A stretch of DNA of 64,000 bases from Deltaproteobacteria bacterium (GCA_016234935.1 JACRNL010000001.1:200679-264678), one strand, 5' to 3'. Shown: positions 20,105 through 33,376, numbered from the stretch's first letter. Notes: generated by a model not told the origin, from the sequence alone. Made by a program: numbers and translations.

Positions 20105-20157
20105 ATGTCCCCGCAGGCCTGCCCTCGCGTGTCTAAAGCGGGGGCTTTAAGCGGGGA
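20105..20157. repeat. Repeat family C (GTCCCCGCAGGCCTGCCCTCGCGTGTCTAAAGCGGGGGCTTTAAGCGGGG)
   Basis: Near-identical direct copy at 19438-19490 on the other side of folK. Partial copies at 19513-19541, 32941-32972 and 39187-39231. Confidence 0.8.
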
Positions 20158-20207
20158 TGCGTATGACGTATTTTTAAAAAACCATCATGTTCCTCGAAGG
20201 CAGCCGC

Positions 20208-21443
20208 CTAAAACTTCAGCTCCAGCGCCTTAAGCCGCTTTTTCATCTCCTCTATGACGCGGAACTCGTCTTCCTTGTCCTTTGCCATGAAAGTGGCGGA
20301 AAAGCGCAGATAACCGCCCACGTCGTCCCACGGCACGGTGGATATGTGCGCCTCTTTGATCAGGTACTCGGATACGTCCTCGGCTGACGCGAATGCGACC
20401 GTCTTTTTCGCCGAGACAGGGGCCTTTACGTAAAGGTAGAACGAACCTTTCGGCACGGCCGCTTCAAAGCCGCAGCCGTTGAGCGCCTCGACCATCAGGC
20501 CGAGCCTTCTTTTGTACTTGGCCGCTATCTTCTCGGTTATCTCGGAATGGTTAAGGGCGTATACGCCCGCCTTCTGAATGGCTATGAACTGGCCGGAGTC
20601 GTAGTTGTCCTTCACGTTGGCGAAAGCGCTTATGACCTTTTCATTGCCAACGAGGAACGCCAGCCTCCAGCCTGTCATGTTAAAGGCCTTTGAGAACGAG
20701 TGTATCTCTATGCCGACGTCCTTGGCGCCCTCTACCGACAGAAAGCTCAAGGGTTTGGCGTCGAACGACAGGGCCGCGTAAGCCGCGTCATGCACGACGA
20801 TGATGCGGTTCCTGCGGGCGAACTCGACGACCTTTTTGAAGAATTCGGGCGTGGCTGCCGCGCCGGTGGGATTATTCGGATAATTAATATACATCAGCTT
20901 CACCCCCTTGAGCTCGCGCGGGGTAAGCGCGTCTAAGTCCGGCAGAAAGCCGTTTTCCTCCTTGAGCGGCAGATTTATAACGCGTCCGCCGTTCCACTCC
21001 GTGTGGGTAGCCATCACAGGGTAGCCGGGGATGGTCATGAGCATGGCGTCTCCGGCGTTTATGAACGCGTCCGGGAGCATGGCAAGGGCAGGCTTGGAGC
21101 CGATGGAGTGGATTACCTCCTTTACCGGGTCAATGCCCGTTACGCCGTAGATCCGCTCCATATACTGCGCCGCCGCCTCTTTCAACTCCGCTATACCGTT
21201 GTCGGCATAGCCCCTGTTCTCCGGCTTGGCGCACTCATGCTTTAGCGCCTCCACGACGATTGAGAATGCCATCTCATCCGGCTCTCCGACGCCGAAGTCA
21301 AGAAGTTCCGCGGACGGGTTGGCCTTTCTCGCCTCGGCCTTGGCCCTCTTTATCTTCTCAAACTTGTAGAGCCGCGTGGACTTGCCGAAGTTCGCCCCGC
21401 CTATCCTCTCGGCAAAAAGCCCCTGTATGAAATCCTCTGACAT
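20208..21443 (-). CDS. PLP-dependent aminotransferase class I/II (LL-diaminopimelate aminotransferase-like)
   Basis: About 411 aa with a GVGEPD N-terminal region and a fold-type I PLP lysine region. Exact subfamily not resolved by eye. Confidence 0.6.
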   Translation of the reverse strand: MSEDFIQGLFAERIGGANFGKSTRLYKFEKIKRAKAEARKANPSAELLDFGVGEPDEMAFSIVVEALKHECAKPENRGYADNGIAELKEAAAQYMERIYGVTGIDPVKEVIHSIGSKPALAMLPDAFINAGDAMLMTIPGYPVMATHTEWNGGRVINLPLKEENGFLPDLDALTPRELKGVKLMYINYPNNPTGAAATPEFFKKVVEFARRNRIIVVHDAAYAALSFDAKPLSFLSVEGAKDVGIEIHSFSKAFNMTGWRLAFLVGNEKVISAFANVKDNYDSGQFIAIQKAGVYALNHSEITEKIAAKYKRRLGLMVEALNGCGFEAAVPKGSFYLYVKAPVSAKKTVAFASAEDVSEYLIKEAHISTVPWDDVGGYLRFSATFMAKDKEDEFRVIEEMKKRLKALELKF

Positions 21444-21534
21444 TCGAACTGCCTCCTTGCATTGTTTCAGAACTGCTACAGAAAAATAACCTTAATTCAA
21501 AACTTTTTCAACTCATTTGTCGCTCCATAACTTT

Positions 21535-22311
21535 TTACCTCGCCCTGACGGTGTTTATAAGGCTGCCTATGCCGTCTATGCGCACCTCGACGGTATTGCC
21601 CGGCTTCATCTTGCCGACGCCGGAAGGCGTGCCCGTTGCTATAACATCGCCCGGAAGGAGCGTCATCACATGAGAGACGAAGCTCAAAAGCTCATAGACG
21701 TTGAATATCATGTCGGCGGTAGATGTGTCCTGCCTCTTTTCATTGTTAAGATACGTTTCTATCCTGACGTCAAGCGGATTAATCCCTGTCTCTATCCACG
21801 GCCCCATTGGCGCGAATGTGTCAAACCCCTTGGCACGCGTGTACTGAATGTCCTTTCCCTGAAGGTCTCTCGCCGTTACGTCGTTGAAACAAGTATAGCC
21901 TAAAATATATTCAGCGGCCCTGTCCACAGGGACGTCCTTTGCCGTCTTGCCTATAATTATAGCAAGCTCGCCTTCGTAGTCCACTCTGTGCGACATATGC
22001 GAGGGGTAGATTATCTCGCTATCCGGGTTTAACACCGCTGTCGAAGGCTTTAAAAACAGCATCGGCTCTTCGGACAGCGGCTTACCAAACTCAGCCGCAT
22101 GCGCCCGGTAATTAAGGCCGATGGCGACTATCTTGGAAGGCGCAGAGGGAGCAAGCGCCCTGACAGAATCAAACGCGCGCGACTTGCCTGTTTTGTTTAT
22201 ACCCTTTATGCCGCCGGCCTCAAAAGGACTCTTGTCAATTTCATGGACATAGCCGTCTTCGATTATACCGAAGCAAACCCTTCCGTTATCTGAAAACCTG
22301 ATTATCCGCAC
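21535..22311 (-). CDS. Fumarylacetoacetate hydrolase (FAH) family protein
   Basis: FAH fold motifs (EGELAIIIG, metal-binding E/D triad region). 258 aa. Confidence 0.8.
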   Translation of the reverse strand: MRIIRFSDNGRVCFGIIEDGYVHEIDKSPFEAGGIKGINKTGKSRAFDSVRALAPSAPSKIVAIGLNYRAHAAEFGKPLSEEPMLFLKPSTAVLNPDSEIIYPSHMSHRVDYEGELAIIIGKTAKDVPVDRAAEYILGYTCFNDVTARDLQGKDIQYTRAKGFDTFAPMGPWIETGINPLDVRIETYLNNEKRQDTSTADMIFNVYELLSFVSHVMTLLPGDVIATGTPSGVGKMKPGNTVEVRIDGIGSLINTVRAR

Positions 22312-22471
22312 TTAAAGAAAAACCTCCGTAAATGCTTGTAACTCTACTGGTTAAAAGGGATTTTATGGGTGCTCCCACTTCATCTCCCCCTCTCCCTACC
22401 CTCTCCCGCAAGGGGAGAGGAGAAAAAAAGATTAGAAAACACCGCCATCTTTATAAAAGGCGGAAGAAAAA

Positions 22472-23680
<1,209 letters not shown>

Positions 23681-23701
23681 TATGCCGACTCCTGTGTTTA
23701 T

Positions 23702-24619
23702 TTATACAGCCGTTTCAACCAGCAGCCATTCGAGTATCGCCTTTTGCATGTGCAGGCGGTTTTCAGCCTCGTCCCAGACCACGGAACCGGGCCCTTCAAG
23801 CACCTCTTCGGTTATCTCCTCCTCCCTGTGCGCGGGGAGGCAGTGCATGACGATGGCGTCCTTTTCAGCGAGCGACAGAAGCCTTGAGTTTATCTGGTAT
23901 CCTTTGAACGCCCTGGCCCTTTTCGCCTGCTCCGCCTCCTGCCCCATCGAGGCCCATACGTCGGTGCTCAGCACGTCCGCGTCTTTCGCCGCTTCTTCAG
24001 GGCTTTTTACCGTCTGGATTTCAACCCCGGCCTTTGCCTTTGCCGCGCCGAGTATTTTCGCGCAAGGCTCGTAGCCTTCGGGGCAGGCGAGCCTCAGCTC
24101 AAAGCCAAGTATCATGGCCGCCTCTATCCACGAATTGGCCATGTTGTTGCCGTCGCCTATCCAGCAGACCTTTACGCCCTCGTAGCCGCCCTTTTTCTCG
24201 ACAATGGTCATTACGTCGGAGAGCACCTGACAGGGGTGGTGCAGGTCGGTCAGGGCATTTATTACCGGCACGGACGAATAGCGCGCGTATTCGTCTATTA
24301 TCTCCTGCCCGAATGTCCTTATGGCCATCGCGTCCACATAGCGCGCCAATACACGCGCCGTGTCCTTCACAGGCTCGCCGCGGCCTATCTGCGAATCCTT
24401 CGGGCCGAGAAAAACGGCATTTCCGCCAAGATGCAGCATGGCCATTTCAAACGACACGCGCGTGCGCGTGGATGCCTTCTCAAACACAAGCCCCAGCGCC
24501 TTACCCTTAAGCGGCTGATAGGGAATGCCCTTTTTATGCCTCTCCTTCAGGGTAATAGCCCTCTGGATAAGGCCATCTATCCTGGCCTTGTCTAAATCTG
24601 AAACTGCGAGCAGATTCAT
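23702..24619 (-). CDS. argF: Ornithine carbamoyltransferase
   Basis: STRTRVSFE carbamoyl-phosphate motif and HCLPA motif. Confidence 0.9.
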   Translation of the reverse strand: MNLLAVSDLDKARIDGLIQRAITLKERHKKGIPYQPLKGKALGLVFEKASTRTRVSFEMAMLHLGGNAVFLGPKDSQIGRGEPVKDTARVLARYVDAMAIRTFGQEIIDEYARYSSVPVINALTDLHHPCQVLSDVMTIVEKKGGYEGVKVCWIGDGNNMANSWIEAAMILGFELRLACPEGYEPCAKILGAAKAKAGVEIQTVKSPEEAAKDADVLSTDVWASMGQEAEQAKRARAFKGYQINSRLLSLAEKDAIVMHCLPAHREEEITEEVLEGPGSVVWDEAENRLHMQKAILEWLLVETAV

Positions 24620-24648
24620 TTAATTCATCTCCGGTAATTAAAACGCCC

Positions 24649-25851
24649 CTACTTCTTAACCTCATCCAGCGCAATCTTCAGCAACCCGATCATCTCATCC
24701 ACCTCCGCCTCAGTCACCGTAAGCGCAGGGATGAAGCGCATTGTGCTCTCCGTGCAGTTCAGCAGGAGTCCTTTGGCGAGGCACGCCTTCACTATGTCCG
24801 CGCCTTTAATGCTTGCGTCAAGCTCCATGCCGATGATAAGACCCTTTCCGCGAACCTCTTTTATGAAGGTATAATCCTTTTTCAGCCCTTCGAGTTGCTT
24901 GAAAAGATACCCGCCCACCTTCGCGCAGTTGTCGAGAATGCCGTCTTCAAGGACGGTCTTTACGGCGGCGATGCCTGCGGCCGTGGCAAGGGGGTTTCCG
25001 CCGAATGTCGAGGCGTGAGTGCCCGGAGTGAAGGCGGCGGCCACTTCGCCGGTAGCCAGCATTGCGCCGATGGCCACCCCTCCGGCAAGCCCCTTGGCAA
25101 GTGTCATGATGTCCGGGGTAATGCCGTAATGTTCATGCGCAAAGAGCTTGCCGGTTCTGCCCATGCCTACCTGCACCTCGTCAAGTATCAGCAGTATGCC
25201 GGCTTTTTTGCAGAGCTCTTTGAGTTTTATGAAATAATCAGGGGACGGCACGTTCACGCCGCCCTCGCCCTGTATCGGCTCCACCATAACGGCCGCGGTC
25301 GCGTTATTTATCGCCTTTTCAACGGCCCCGACGTCGTTAAACGGCACATAGGTGAACTTCTCAAGGAGCGGCTCAAAACCTATCTGGAACTTCTTCTGCC
25401 CCGTGGCGGCAAGCGCGGCCAGGGTCCTTCCGTGAAAGGACTTTTCCATGGAGATTATCTGGTATCTGCCCTGGTTTCTGATGCTGAAGTGCTTGCGCGC
25501 GAGCTTAATAGCCGCCTCGTTGGCCTCCGCGCCGGAGTTGCAAAAAAACGCCTTATCCGCGAAAGAATTATCCGTCAGCAGTTTTGCAAGCTCGCTCTGC
25601 GTCTGAATATGATAGAGATTCGATACGTGGATGAGCGTTTCCGCCTGCGCCTGAATCGCCTTTACCACCTTCGGGTGGCAGTGGCCGAGGTTGCAGACGG
25701 CAAGCCCTGATACGAAGTCCAGATACTCCCTGCCGTCAGCATCCCAGACGCGTCTGCCGCTGCCCTTTACAATCGCCACAGGAAAACGGTTATACGTGTT
25801 CATCACGCAGAGCGATGTAAGTTCCGCTATCTCGCTATTCGTCAAAGTCAA
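24649..25851 (-). CDS. argD: Acetylornithine aminotransferase
   Basis: Class III aminotransferase with a DEVQVGMGRTG PLP region. Confidence 0.85.
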   Translation of the reverse strand: MTLTNSEIAELTSLCVMNTYNRFPVAIVKGSGRRVWDADGREYLDFVSGLAVCNLGHCHPKVVKAIQAQAETLIHVSNLYHIQTQSELAKLLTDNSFADKAFFCNSGAEANEAAIKLARKHFSIRNQGRYQIISMEKSFHGRTLAALAATGQKKFQIGFEPLLEKFTYVPFNDVGAVEKAINNATAAVMVEPIQGEGGVNVPSPDYFIKLKELCKKAGILLILDEVQVGMGRTGKLFAHEHYGITPDIMTLAKGLAGGVAIGAMLATGEVAAAFTPGTHASTFGGNPLATAAGIAAVKTVLEDGILDNCAKVGGYLFKQLEGLKKDYTFIKEVRGKGLIIGMELDASIKGADIVKACLAKGLLLNCTESTMRFIPALTVTEAEVDEMIGLLKIALDEVKK

Positions 25852-25861
25852 CTCCTCCCTG

Positions 25862-26900
<1,039 letters not shown>

Positions 26901-27011
26901 GGAGATTAAAAATACCGTGATGCATTGCAGCGGGTCTGCCCCCTGAGGGGGTTCAACCCCCGGCGCTGATGCAAGCGTCACGGCCTTAGCAGGGCGTCAC
27001 ACCCTTCTGGT

Positions 27012-28391
27012 TTACAGTATATACCTTGAAAGGTCTTCGTTCTTCAAGACCTCCTGAAGCCTGCTCCGCACATACTCCCTGTCAATCACGACATCCTTGT
27101 CGGCAATGTCAGGGGCGTTGAAGGATATCTCGTCAAAGACCCTTTCAAGCACGGTGTGAAGCCTTCTGGCGCCGATGTTCTCCATGCGGTCATTGACCAG
27201 CGCGGCCACGGAGGCTATCTCCATCGCCGCGTCGTCCGCGTAGTTTATTGAAATCTTCTCCGTCTCAAGAAGCGCCTTATACTGCTTAAGGAGCGCGTTC
27301 TCCGGCTCCGTGAGTATCCTGACAAAATCCGCCTCGCCAAGGGATGTAAGCTCCACCCTTATCGGGAACCTGCCCTGGAATTCCGGTATCAGGTCTGAAG
27401 GCTTTGCCACGTGGAACGCGCCTGAGGCGATAAAAAGGATGTGGTCGGTCTTCACCATGCCGTACTTCGTATTCACGGTGGAGCCTTCTACTATCGGCAG
27501 CAGGTCCCTCTGCACGCCTTCCCTTGATACGTCCGGCGTAGAGCCTGTCTGGCGTCCGGCTATCTTGTCTATCTCGTCAATAAAAACTATGCCGGAGAGC
27601 TCCACGCGCTCTATGGCGGTCTTCACGACCTTTTCCATGTCGATCAGCTTCTGCGCCTCCTCCTGCGTCAGGAGCTCAAGTGCCTCCCGCGGCTTCACCC
27701 TTTTTCTGCGCGTCTTTTTTGGAAAGAGGTTTGAAAACATGTCCTTGATGCCCGAGTCCACGTCATCCATGCCCGTAGCGGAAAGTATCTCCATGCCGGG
27801 GGGCCTGCTCTCGGTGATCTCTATCTCAACCGTCCTGTCGTCGAGCTTGCCCTCGCGGAGCTGCGCGCGCAGTTTTTCGCGCGTGGCCTTCTGGAGATCC
27901 CTCTCCTTTAAAAGCCGCTCCTGGCCGGATGCCTGAGAATCAGACGCCTGATAAGACGCGGCCGTCACAGGCGGCAGGAGATAATCAAGGAGCCGCTCCT
28001 CGGCCGCGTCTTTGGCCTTCACGAGCACGCCTGCCTTTTCCTCGTCCTTGACCATCTTCACGCCAAGCTCCGTAAGGTCGCGGATGATGCCTTCAACGTC
28101 GCGCCCGACATAGCCGACCTCGGTGAATTTGCTGGCCTCGACCTTAATGAACGGCGCCTCGGCGAGCTTTGCAAGACGCCTTGAAATCTCGGTCTTGCCC
28201 ACGCCGGTGGGGCCTATCATGATGATGTTCTTCGGATATATCTCATCGCGCAGCCCCCCCTTCACCTGCTGGCGCCGCCAGCGGTTACGCAGCGCAATGG
28301 CCACTGCTCTTTTCGCCTCGGCCTGGCCTATGATGTACTTGTCAAGCTCTGAGACTATTTCTCTCGGAGTAAAATTTTTCATGGTTTTCAA
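27012..28391 (-). CDS. hslU: ATP-dependent protease ATPase subunit HslU
   Basis: [16 protein letters not shown] motif, Walker A GPTGVGKT and a C-terminal conserved region. Confidence 0.95.
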   Translation of the reverse strand: MKTMKNFTPREIVSELDKYIIGQAEAKRAVAIALRNRWRRQQVKGGLRDEIYPKNIIMIGPTGVGKTEISRRLAKLAEAPFIKVEASKFTEVGYVGRDVEGIIRDLTELGVKMVKDEEKAGVLVKAKDAAEERLLDYLLPPVTAASYQASDSQASGQERLLKERDLQKATREKLRAQLREGKLDDRTVEIEITESRPPGMEILSATGMDDVDSGIKDMFSNLFPKKTRRKRVKPREALELLTQEEAQKLIDMEKVVKTAIERVELSGIVFIDEIDKIAGRQTGSTPDVSREGVQRDLLPIVEGSTVNTKYGMVKTDHILFIASGAFHVAKPSDLIPEFQGRFPIRVELTSLGEADFVRILTEPENALLKQYKALLETEKISINYADDAAMEIASVAALVNDRMENIGARRLHTVLERVFDEISFNAPDIADKDVVIDREYVRSRLQEVLKNEDLSRYIL

Positions 28392-28452
28392 CCTGCAAGC
28401 CCGTAGTTATTCATTAAATCCTTATGACGCAAGACATTAGCCCCCGCGCCCC

Positions 28453-28992
28453 TTACGCCAGCTCCTCAACCGTTATCTTGTCGTTCGTGTAGATGCATAT
28501 CTCGGCGGCGGTCTTTATGGCCTCCTCGGCTATTGCCCTTGCTTCAAGGCCGGTGTGCTTTAAAAGCATCTTGGCCGCGCTGAGGGCGTATGGCCCGCCG
28601 GAGCCTATGGACGCTATGCCGTCCTCCGGCTCTATCACGTCGCCGCTGCCGGAGATTACAAACATGTGCTCCCTGTCGGCCACTATCAAAAGGGCCTCAA
28701 GCCGCCTCAGTATCTTATCCGTTCTCCAGTCCTTCGCAAGCTCAACCGCCGCCCTCGTTATATTGCCCCTGTAATGCTCAAGCTTGGCCTCGAACTTGTC
28801 AAAGAGCGTCATGGCGTCCGCGGTGGAGCCGGCAAACCCGGCAAGCACGGACGAATCCCGCATGCGCCTGACCTTTACCGCGCCCTTTTTCATGATGGTC
28901 GCGCCGAGCGTAATCTGCCCGTCGCCGGCTATCGCGACCTTGCCATTTCTGCTGACGGCTATGACCGTTGTTCCGTGGAATTCTATGGGCAA
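28453..28992 (-). CDS. hslV: ATP-dependent protease subunit HslV
   Basis: TTVIAV N-terminal Thr nucleophile context and GSGG motif. 179 aa. Confidence 0.95.
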   Translation of the reverse strand: MPIEFHGTTVIAVSRNGKVAIAGDGQITLGATIMKKGAVKVRRMRDSSVLAGFAGSTADAMTLFDKFEAKLEHYRGNITRAAVELAKDWRTDKILRRLEALLIVADREHMFVISGSGDVIEPEDGIASIGSGGPYALSAAKMLLKHTGLEARAIAEEAIKTAAEICIYTNDKITVEELA

Positions 28993-29019
28993 TGATGCCT
29001 CCTGCAGCCTGTAACGGCG

Positions 29020-30039
29020 TTATTTCTTTATCCGCGCCTTCGGGTGCGACCTGTCGTATGTTTCCATCAGCGTATCGAGGCTGACCCTGGCGTAACGAGC
29101 GGTGGTGGAGAGCCGCGAATGGCCTAACATCTCCTGAATCGTCCGTAAGTCCACGCCGGCGTCTAAAAGGTGCGTAGCGAATGTGTGCCTGAGGGAATGC
29201 GGCGTCGGCGTCTTGTTTATGCCGCTCTTTCCGGCATACTTCCTCGTGAGCCTTTGCACCATGCGCGGGTAGATGCGTTTACCGCTTTCGAGGGTGTGAC
29301 ACCCTGCGACCGTAAAGAACGGCGTGTCCGGGCCGTATGCCCCCCGGAACTTCAGATACTCCTTTACCGAACGGGCCGCGTGCTCTCCAAGAAAGGCTAT
29401 GCGCTCCTTGCCGCCCTTGCCCAAAACCTTTATCGTGCCGGCGCCGAGGTCAACGTCCTTCATGTCAAGCCCAACAAGCTCGCTGACCCTTATTCCGGAT
29501 GAATAGAGCACCTCAAGGATGGCCAGATCGCGCATTATCGAAAGGGTGTGACTCCCCGCGAGGGATTGCCTCCCCGCAAGGGTCTGAGACCCTGCAAGGG
29601 TATTGTCCTTCTTATTCGCATCCTCTGACGGCCTTCGCGGGGCCTCTATCAAAAAGGCCGCCTCCTCAACGGTCAAGACCGTCGGCAGGAAGGCCTCGAC
29701 CTTGGGCGACGGTACGAACTCGGCCGGATTCGCCTTGAGCGCGCCCTTTTTAACCAAAAACCTGAAAAACGACCTTATAGCGGACAGCTTCCTTGCAACA
29801 GATACCTTCCGGCACCTATCATGGACAGAATAGGCAAAGGCCCTTACAGCGTCTTCGTCAATCAGCGCAGCGTCAACGCCCTTGCAGGGTGTCACACCCT
29901 GTGCGCCCGCGGCAAACCCGGTCTCTTTCAAAAAGAGTTCAAACTGCCTCAGATCCCGCTCATAATTAAGCCGCGTATGAACGGAGGCGTTCCTTTCAAC
30001 CTCAAGATACGTCAAAAAATCCGCTATCAGCTCCAGCAT
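29020..30039 (-). CDS. xerC: Tyrosine recombinase XerC/XerD family, with three in-frame repeat insertions
   Basis: R..H..R..Y catalytic residues (HSLRHTFATHLL, LGHSRLSTTARY). Classic xerC-hslV-hslU synteny. Insertions GVTPCKG, TLAGSQTLAGRQSLAGSHTL and AGCHTLESG are encoded by family-B repeats. Confidence 0.8.
   Translation of the reverse strand: MLELIADFLTYLEVERNASVHTRLNYERDLRQFELFLKETGFAAGAQGVTPCKGVDAALIDEDAVRAFAYSVHDRCRKVSVARKLSAIRSFFRFLVKKGALKANPAEFVPSPKVEAFLPTVLTVEEAAFLIEAPRRPSEDANKKDNTLAGSQTLAGRQSLAGSHTLSIMRDLAILEVLYSSGIRVSELVGLDMKDVDLGAGTIKVLGKGGKERIAFLGEHAARSVKEYLKFRGAYGPDTPFFTVAGCHTLESGKRIYPRMVQRLTRKYAGKSGINKTPTPHSLRHTFATHLLDAGVDLRTIQEMLGHSRLSTTARYARVSLDTLMETYDRSHPKARIKK
29543..29600. 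repeat. Three degenerate 18-bp tandem units of repeat family B inside xerC
   Basis: gggtgtgactccccgcgag / ggattgcctccccgcaag / ggtctgagaccctgcaag translates as TLAGSQ-TLAGRQ-SLAGSH. Confidence 0.8.
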
Positions 30040-30196
30040 ATTTTACCGGTTAAAAAAAGGGAGTGACTCCCTGCGAGGGTATGAAACCCTGCTGCTGATA
30101 ATCCGCTTTTACACGTGCCTTATAACATCAAAAGGTGAAACCTTCAACAGAAAACAGCGCGTTCGGAGCGGTATATAAGACTTCTCCATATGCCTT

Positions 30197-30868
30197 TTAA
30201 CGTATCAACTGCCCTATCCTCTTAAACCGTATCCAGTGATCGTCGTGATCCCACGACCAGTAGATGACAAATGCCCTGCCCTTTACGTCATAAAGGGGCA
30301 CGCTTCCCCAGTAACGGGAGTCAAAGCTCCTGTCGCGGTTATCGCCCATGACGAATATAGACCCCTGGGGCACGGTGTATGGGCCGAAGTTGTCCATCTT
30401 GTCAAAGCCCATGCCGGCGCCGTTCTTGAATACTGAATGCGAATCTTCAATCTGTTTGCCGTTAATGTAGATAACCCTGTGCCTTATCTCGACCGTATCG
30501 CCGGGAAGCCCTATCGCGCGCTTGATGTAGTCCTTGCTCCTGTCGCCTGGAAAGCGGAATACCACGACGTCCCCGCGCTCTACCTTGCCCCACGCGTTGT
30601 AGAGCTTCGTCTCAAGAAAAGGCACCCTGACGCCAAAGACCTCTATCATCGCGGGCGTTGGCACCTGCACGCCGTAAGCGAACTTGCTTACGATGAGATG
30701 GTCGCCGACAAGGAGCGTGTCCTCCATGGATCCCGACGGTATCTTGAAGGCCTGTATCACAAACGCCCTTATTATAAGCGCCAGCACGAGGGCAATTACA
30801 ATTGCCTCGACCGTCTCCCATATCTGTTTTTTCCTGCTTTTCTTTTCTTCGGCCTTTTCAGACGCCAT
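30197..30868 (-). CDS. lepB: Signal peptidase I
   Basis: SGSMEDTL catalytic Ser region and GDNRDRSFDSRYWG box E. N-terminal TM. Confidence 0.9.
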   Translation of the reverse strand: MASEKAEEKKSRKKQIWETVEAIVIALVLALIIRAFVIQAFKIPSGSMEDTLLVGDHLIVSKFAYGVQVPTPAMIEVFGVRVPFLETKLYNAWGKVERGDVVVFRFPGDRSKDYIKRAIGLPGDTVEIRHRVIYINGKQIEDSHSVFKNGAGMGFDKMDNFGPYTVPQGSIFVMGDNRDRSFDSRYWGSVPLYDVKGRAFVIYWSWDHDDHWIRFKRIGQLIR

Positions 30869-30969
30869 GCCTAACCTTCCTGATGCGGGAGACGCGCTCC
30901 CATCGCAGGGTGAAACACCCTTTTATTGTTTATCCGTCGCAGGGCGTCGCGCCCTTTTACCGGCTTCAT

Positions 30970-32766
30970 TCAATTCACCTTAAGCACCGCAAGGAACGCC
31001 TCCTGCGGCAGTTCCACGCGGCCCACCTGCTTCATCCTCTTCTTGCCTTCCTTCTGCTTTTCAAGGAGCTTTCTCTTTCTCGTTATGTCGCCGCCGTAGC
31101 ACTTGGCAGTGACGTTTTTCCTCAGCGCCTTTATCGTCTCCCTGGCGATTATCTTCGCGCCAATGGCAGCCTGGATGATGACCTCGAACATCTGTCTGGG
31201 GATTATCTCCTTCATCTTTTCAGCTAAAACCTTGCCCCTTGCGTACGCGCTCTCGGACGGAACTATCAACGAAAGCGCGTCAACCACCTCGCCGTTTATG
31301 AGGATGTCGAGCTTTATGAGCCTAGACACCCTGAAGTCGAGGTAATCGTAGTCCATCGAGGCATAGCCCTTTGTAAGGGTCTTGAGCTTATCGTAAAAAT
31401 CAAGGACGATTTCATTGAGCGGAAGTTCGTACTCAAGGAGCACCCTTGCCGGGGTCAGATACTTTATCTCGCGCTGTATGCCGCGCTTGTCCTCGCAGAG
31501 CTTTAGTATCGCGCCTAAATACTCCGACGGCATGTGGATAGAGGCAAGGATAAACGGCTCTTCCACCATGCTGACATTCTGAGGCGGAGGAAGTTTCGTA
31601 GGGTTGTCCACCATCAAGACCTCTCCGTCGGTCTTCGTTACCCTGTAAGCGACCGTCGGCGCGGTGGTAATGAGGGACAGGTCATACTCCCTTTCAAGCC
31701 TCTCCTGGATTATTTCCATATGGAACAGGCCGAGGAAGCCGCACCTGAAGCCGAAACCCAGGGCAAGCGACGTCTCAGGCTCAAAGGTAAATGACGAATC
31801 ATTCAGACGCAGCTTTACGACCGCGTCTTTCAAGTCCTCATACTGCGATGAGTCCACCGGGTAAAGCCCGCTGAAGACCATTGATTTGGAAGCCTTGTAA
31901 CCGGCAAGCGCCTCGGCGGCGGGGTTTGCGGCGTCAGTCAGCGTGTCGCCGACGCTCGTATCGCGCACCTCTTTTATTCCGGCTATCACGAAGCCGACCT
32001 CTCCGGGCCCAAGCTCGGCTGTCTCACGCGGATGAGGGGTGAACACGCCGACCTTGTCAACGTCAAAGGTCTTGCCCGTTGCCATGAACTTTATCCTGCT
32101 GCCCCTTTTTATTACTCCGTCAAAGACCCGTATCTGTATGATGACGCCCTGATAGTTGTCATACCAGCTGTCGAAGACAAGCGCCTTCAAGGGCTTGTTC
32201 CCGTCGCCCGCCGGCGGCGGTATCCTCTTTACTATGGCCTCAAGCGTCTCTTTTATGCCCTTGCCTTCCTTGGCGCTCGTCAGCACCGCGTCGGACGCGT
32301 CAAGGCTCAGAAGGTCTTCTATTTCGGCCTTTATGCGCTCCGGGTCCGCCTGCGGCAGGTCTATCTTATTAAGCACAGGCACTATCTCAAGCCCGACGTC
32401 CTGAGCCGTATACAGATGCGCGAGTGTCTGCGCCTCGACTCCTTGAGAAGCGTCGACTATCAAAAGCGCGCCCTCACAGGCGGACAAAGACCTGCTCACC
32501 TCGTAGCTGAAGTCCACGTGGCCGGGCGTGTCAATGAGGTTCAGCACATACATCTTGCCGTCGTCGGCCTTGTAATTGAGCCGCGCCGTCTGCGCCTTGA
32601 TGGTAATGCCCCTCTCCCTTTCGAGGTCCATCTTATCCATGAACTGATCGACCATCTCTCTCTTGGTCACGGTACCAGTGAATTCAAGGAGCCTGTCCGA
32701 GAGCGTGGACTTGCCGTGGTCAATGTGAGCGATAATCGAAAAGTTCCGTATCCTGTCTTTTTCCAT
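30970..32766 (-). CDS. lepA: Elongation factor 4 (LepA)
   Basis: [16 protein letters not shown]1 motif, DTPGHVDF and the LepA C-terminal domain. lepA-lepB synteny. Confidence 0.95.
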   Translation of the reverse strand: MEKDRIRNFSIIAHIDHGKSTLSDRLLEFTGTVTKREMVDQFMDKMDLERERGITIKAQTARLNYKADDGKMYVLNLIDTPGHVDFSYEVSRSLSACEGALLIVDASQGVEAQTLAHLYTAQDVGLEIVPVLNKIDLPQADPERIKAEIEDLLSLDASDAVLTSAKEGKGIKETLEAIVKRIPPPAGDGNKPLKALVFDSWYDNYQGVIIQIRVFDGVIKRGSRIKFMATGKTFDVDKVGVFTPHPRETAELGPGEVGFVIAGIKEVRDTSVGDTLTDAANPAAEALAGYKASKSMVFSGLYPVDSSQYEDLKDAVVKLRLNDSSFTFEPETSLALGFGFRCGFLGLFHMEIIQERLEREYDLSLITTAPTVAYRVTKTDGEVLMVDNPTKLPPPQNVSMVEEPFILASIHMPSEYLGAILKLCEDKRGIQREIKYLTPARVLLEYELPLNEIVLDFYDKLKTLTKGYASMDYDYLDFRVSRLIKLDILINGEVVDALSLIVPSESAYARGKVLAEKMKEIIPRQMFEVIIQAAIGAKIIARETIKALRKNVTAKCYGGDITRKRKLLEKQKEGKKRMKQVGRVELPQEAFLAVLKVN

Positions 32767-33017
32767 TTTTTCCTTTTAGCAGGGCTTTCGAGCAGCCCTT
32801 TAAAACCTTCGCAGGGTGTAACACCCTGCCTTCCCGGCGCCAGCCTCGCAAGGCGCATCCGCGCCTGACGATACGAACTGCAATTTATCATTTTATGATA
32901 TAATGTCATGCTTTGTCAAAGCCTGTTTGCCTCCTGCCCTCGCCGTGTGCTTAAAGCGGGGGATAGAATAGCGGCTTGCCTGTGCGCTTACAAACCAATG
33001 CGCAGACGGCCCGGTTC

Positions 33018-33075
33018 AGGGCGCGACACACTGCGACGGTGTGACACCCTGCGAGGGTGCAGCGCCCTGCGAGGT
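33018..33075. repeat. Repeat family B cluster (GCAGGGTGTGACACCCTGCGAGGG units)
   Basis: cagggcgcgacacactgcgacggtgtgacaccctgcgagggtgcagcgccctgcgagg. Related copies at 26990, 29291, 29543-29600, 29881, 30059-30099, 30904-30958, 32809, 33402, 33712, 34233, 34583 and 37172. Confidence 0.85.
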
Positions 33076-33112
33076 TGACATTACGGCGTTATTTTTGGTA
33101 TCTTACTTAGTG

Positions 33113-33376
33113 ATGACATCGAACGATTTGGGACTATTAACGCTTCTTGTATGCGCCGCCTTTGTTTTAAACCTGCCGTTCGGTTACCTCAGGATAAAGA
33201 CAAAGAAGTTCTCGGTCATGTGGTTTCTCTACATCCACCTGCCCATCCCGTTTATCTTCATCCTGCGGAAAGCGGCGGGCTTTAGCTGGAAGGTCATACC
33301 GGTAATAGTCATAGGCGCGGTAATGGGCCAGTACCTGGGCGGAAAGCTCCGCAAAAAAATACCATCGCAATCTTAA
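33113..33376 (+). CDS. Small hypothetical membrane protein
   Basis: Two or three predicted TM helices (LLTLLVCAAFVLNLPFG, VIPVIVIGAVMG). The 24 upstream codons in the track ORF are repeat-derived (TPCEG). Confidence 0.3.
   Translation: MTSNDLGLLTLLVCAAFVLNLPFGYLRIKTKKFSVMWFLYIHLPIPFIFILRKAAGFSWKVIPVIVIGAVMGQYLGGKLRKKIPSQS

Noticed and set aside
29543-29600. Possible CRISPR array (regularly spaced 18-bp units)
   Set aside because: Only three directly adjacent degenerate units with no spacers. They lie inside xerC and translate in-frame. They belong to repeat family B.
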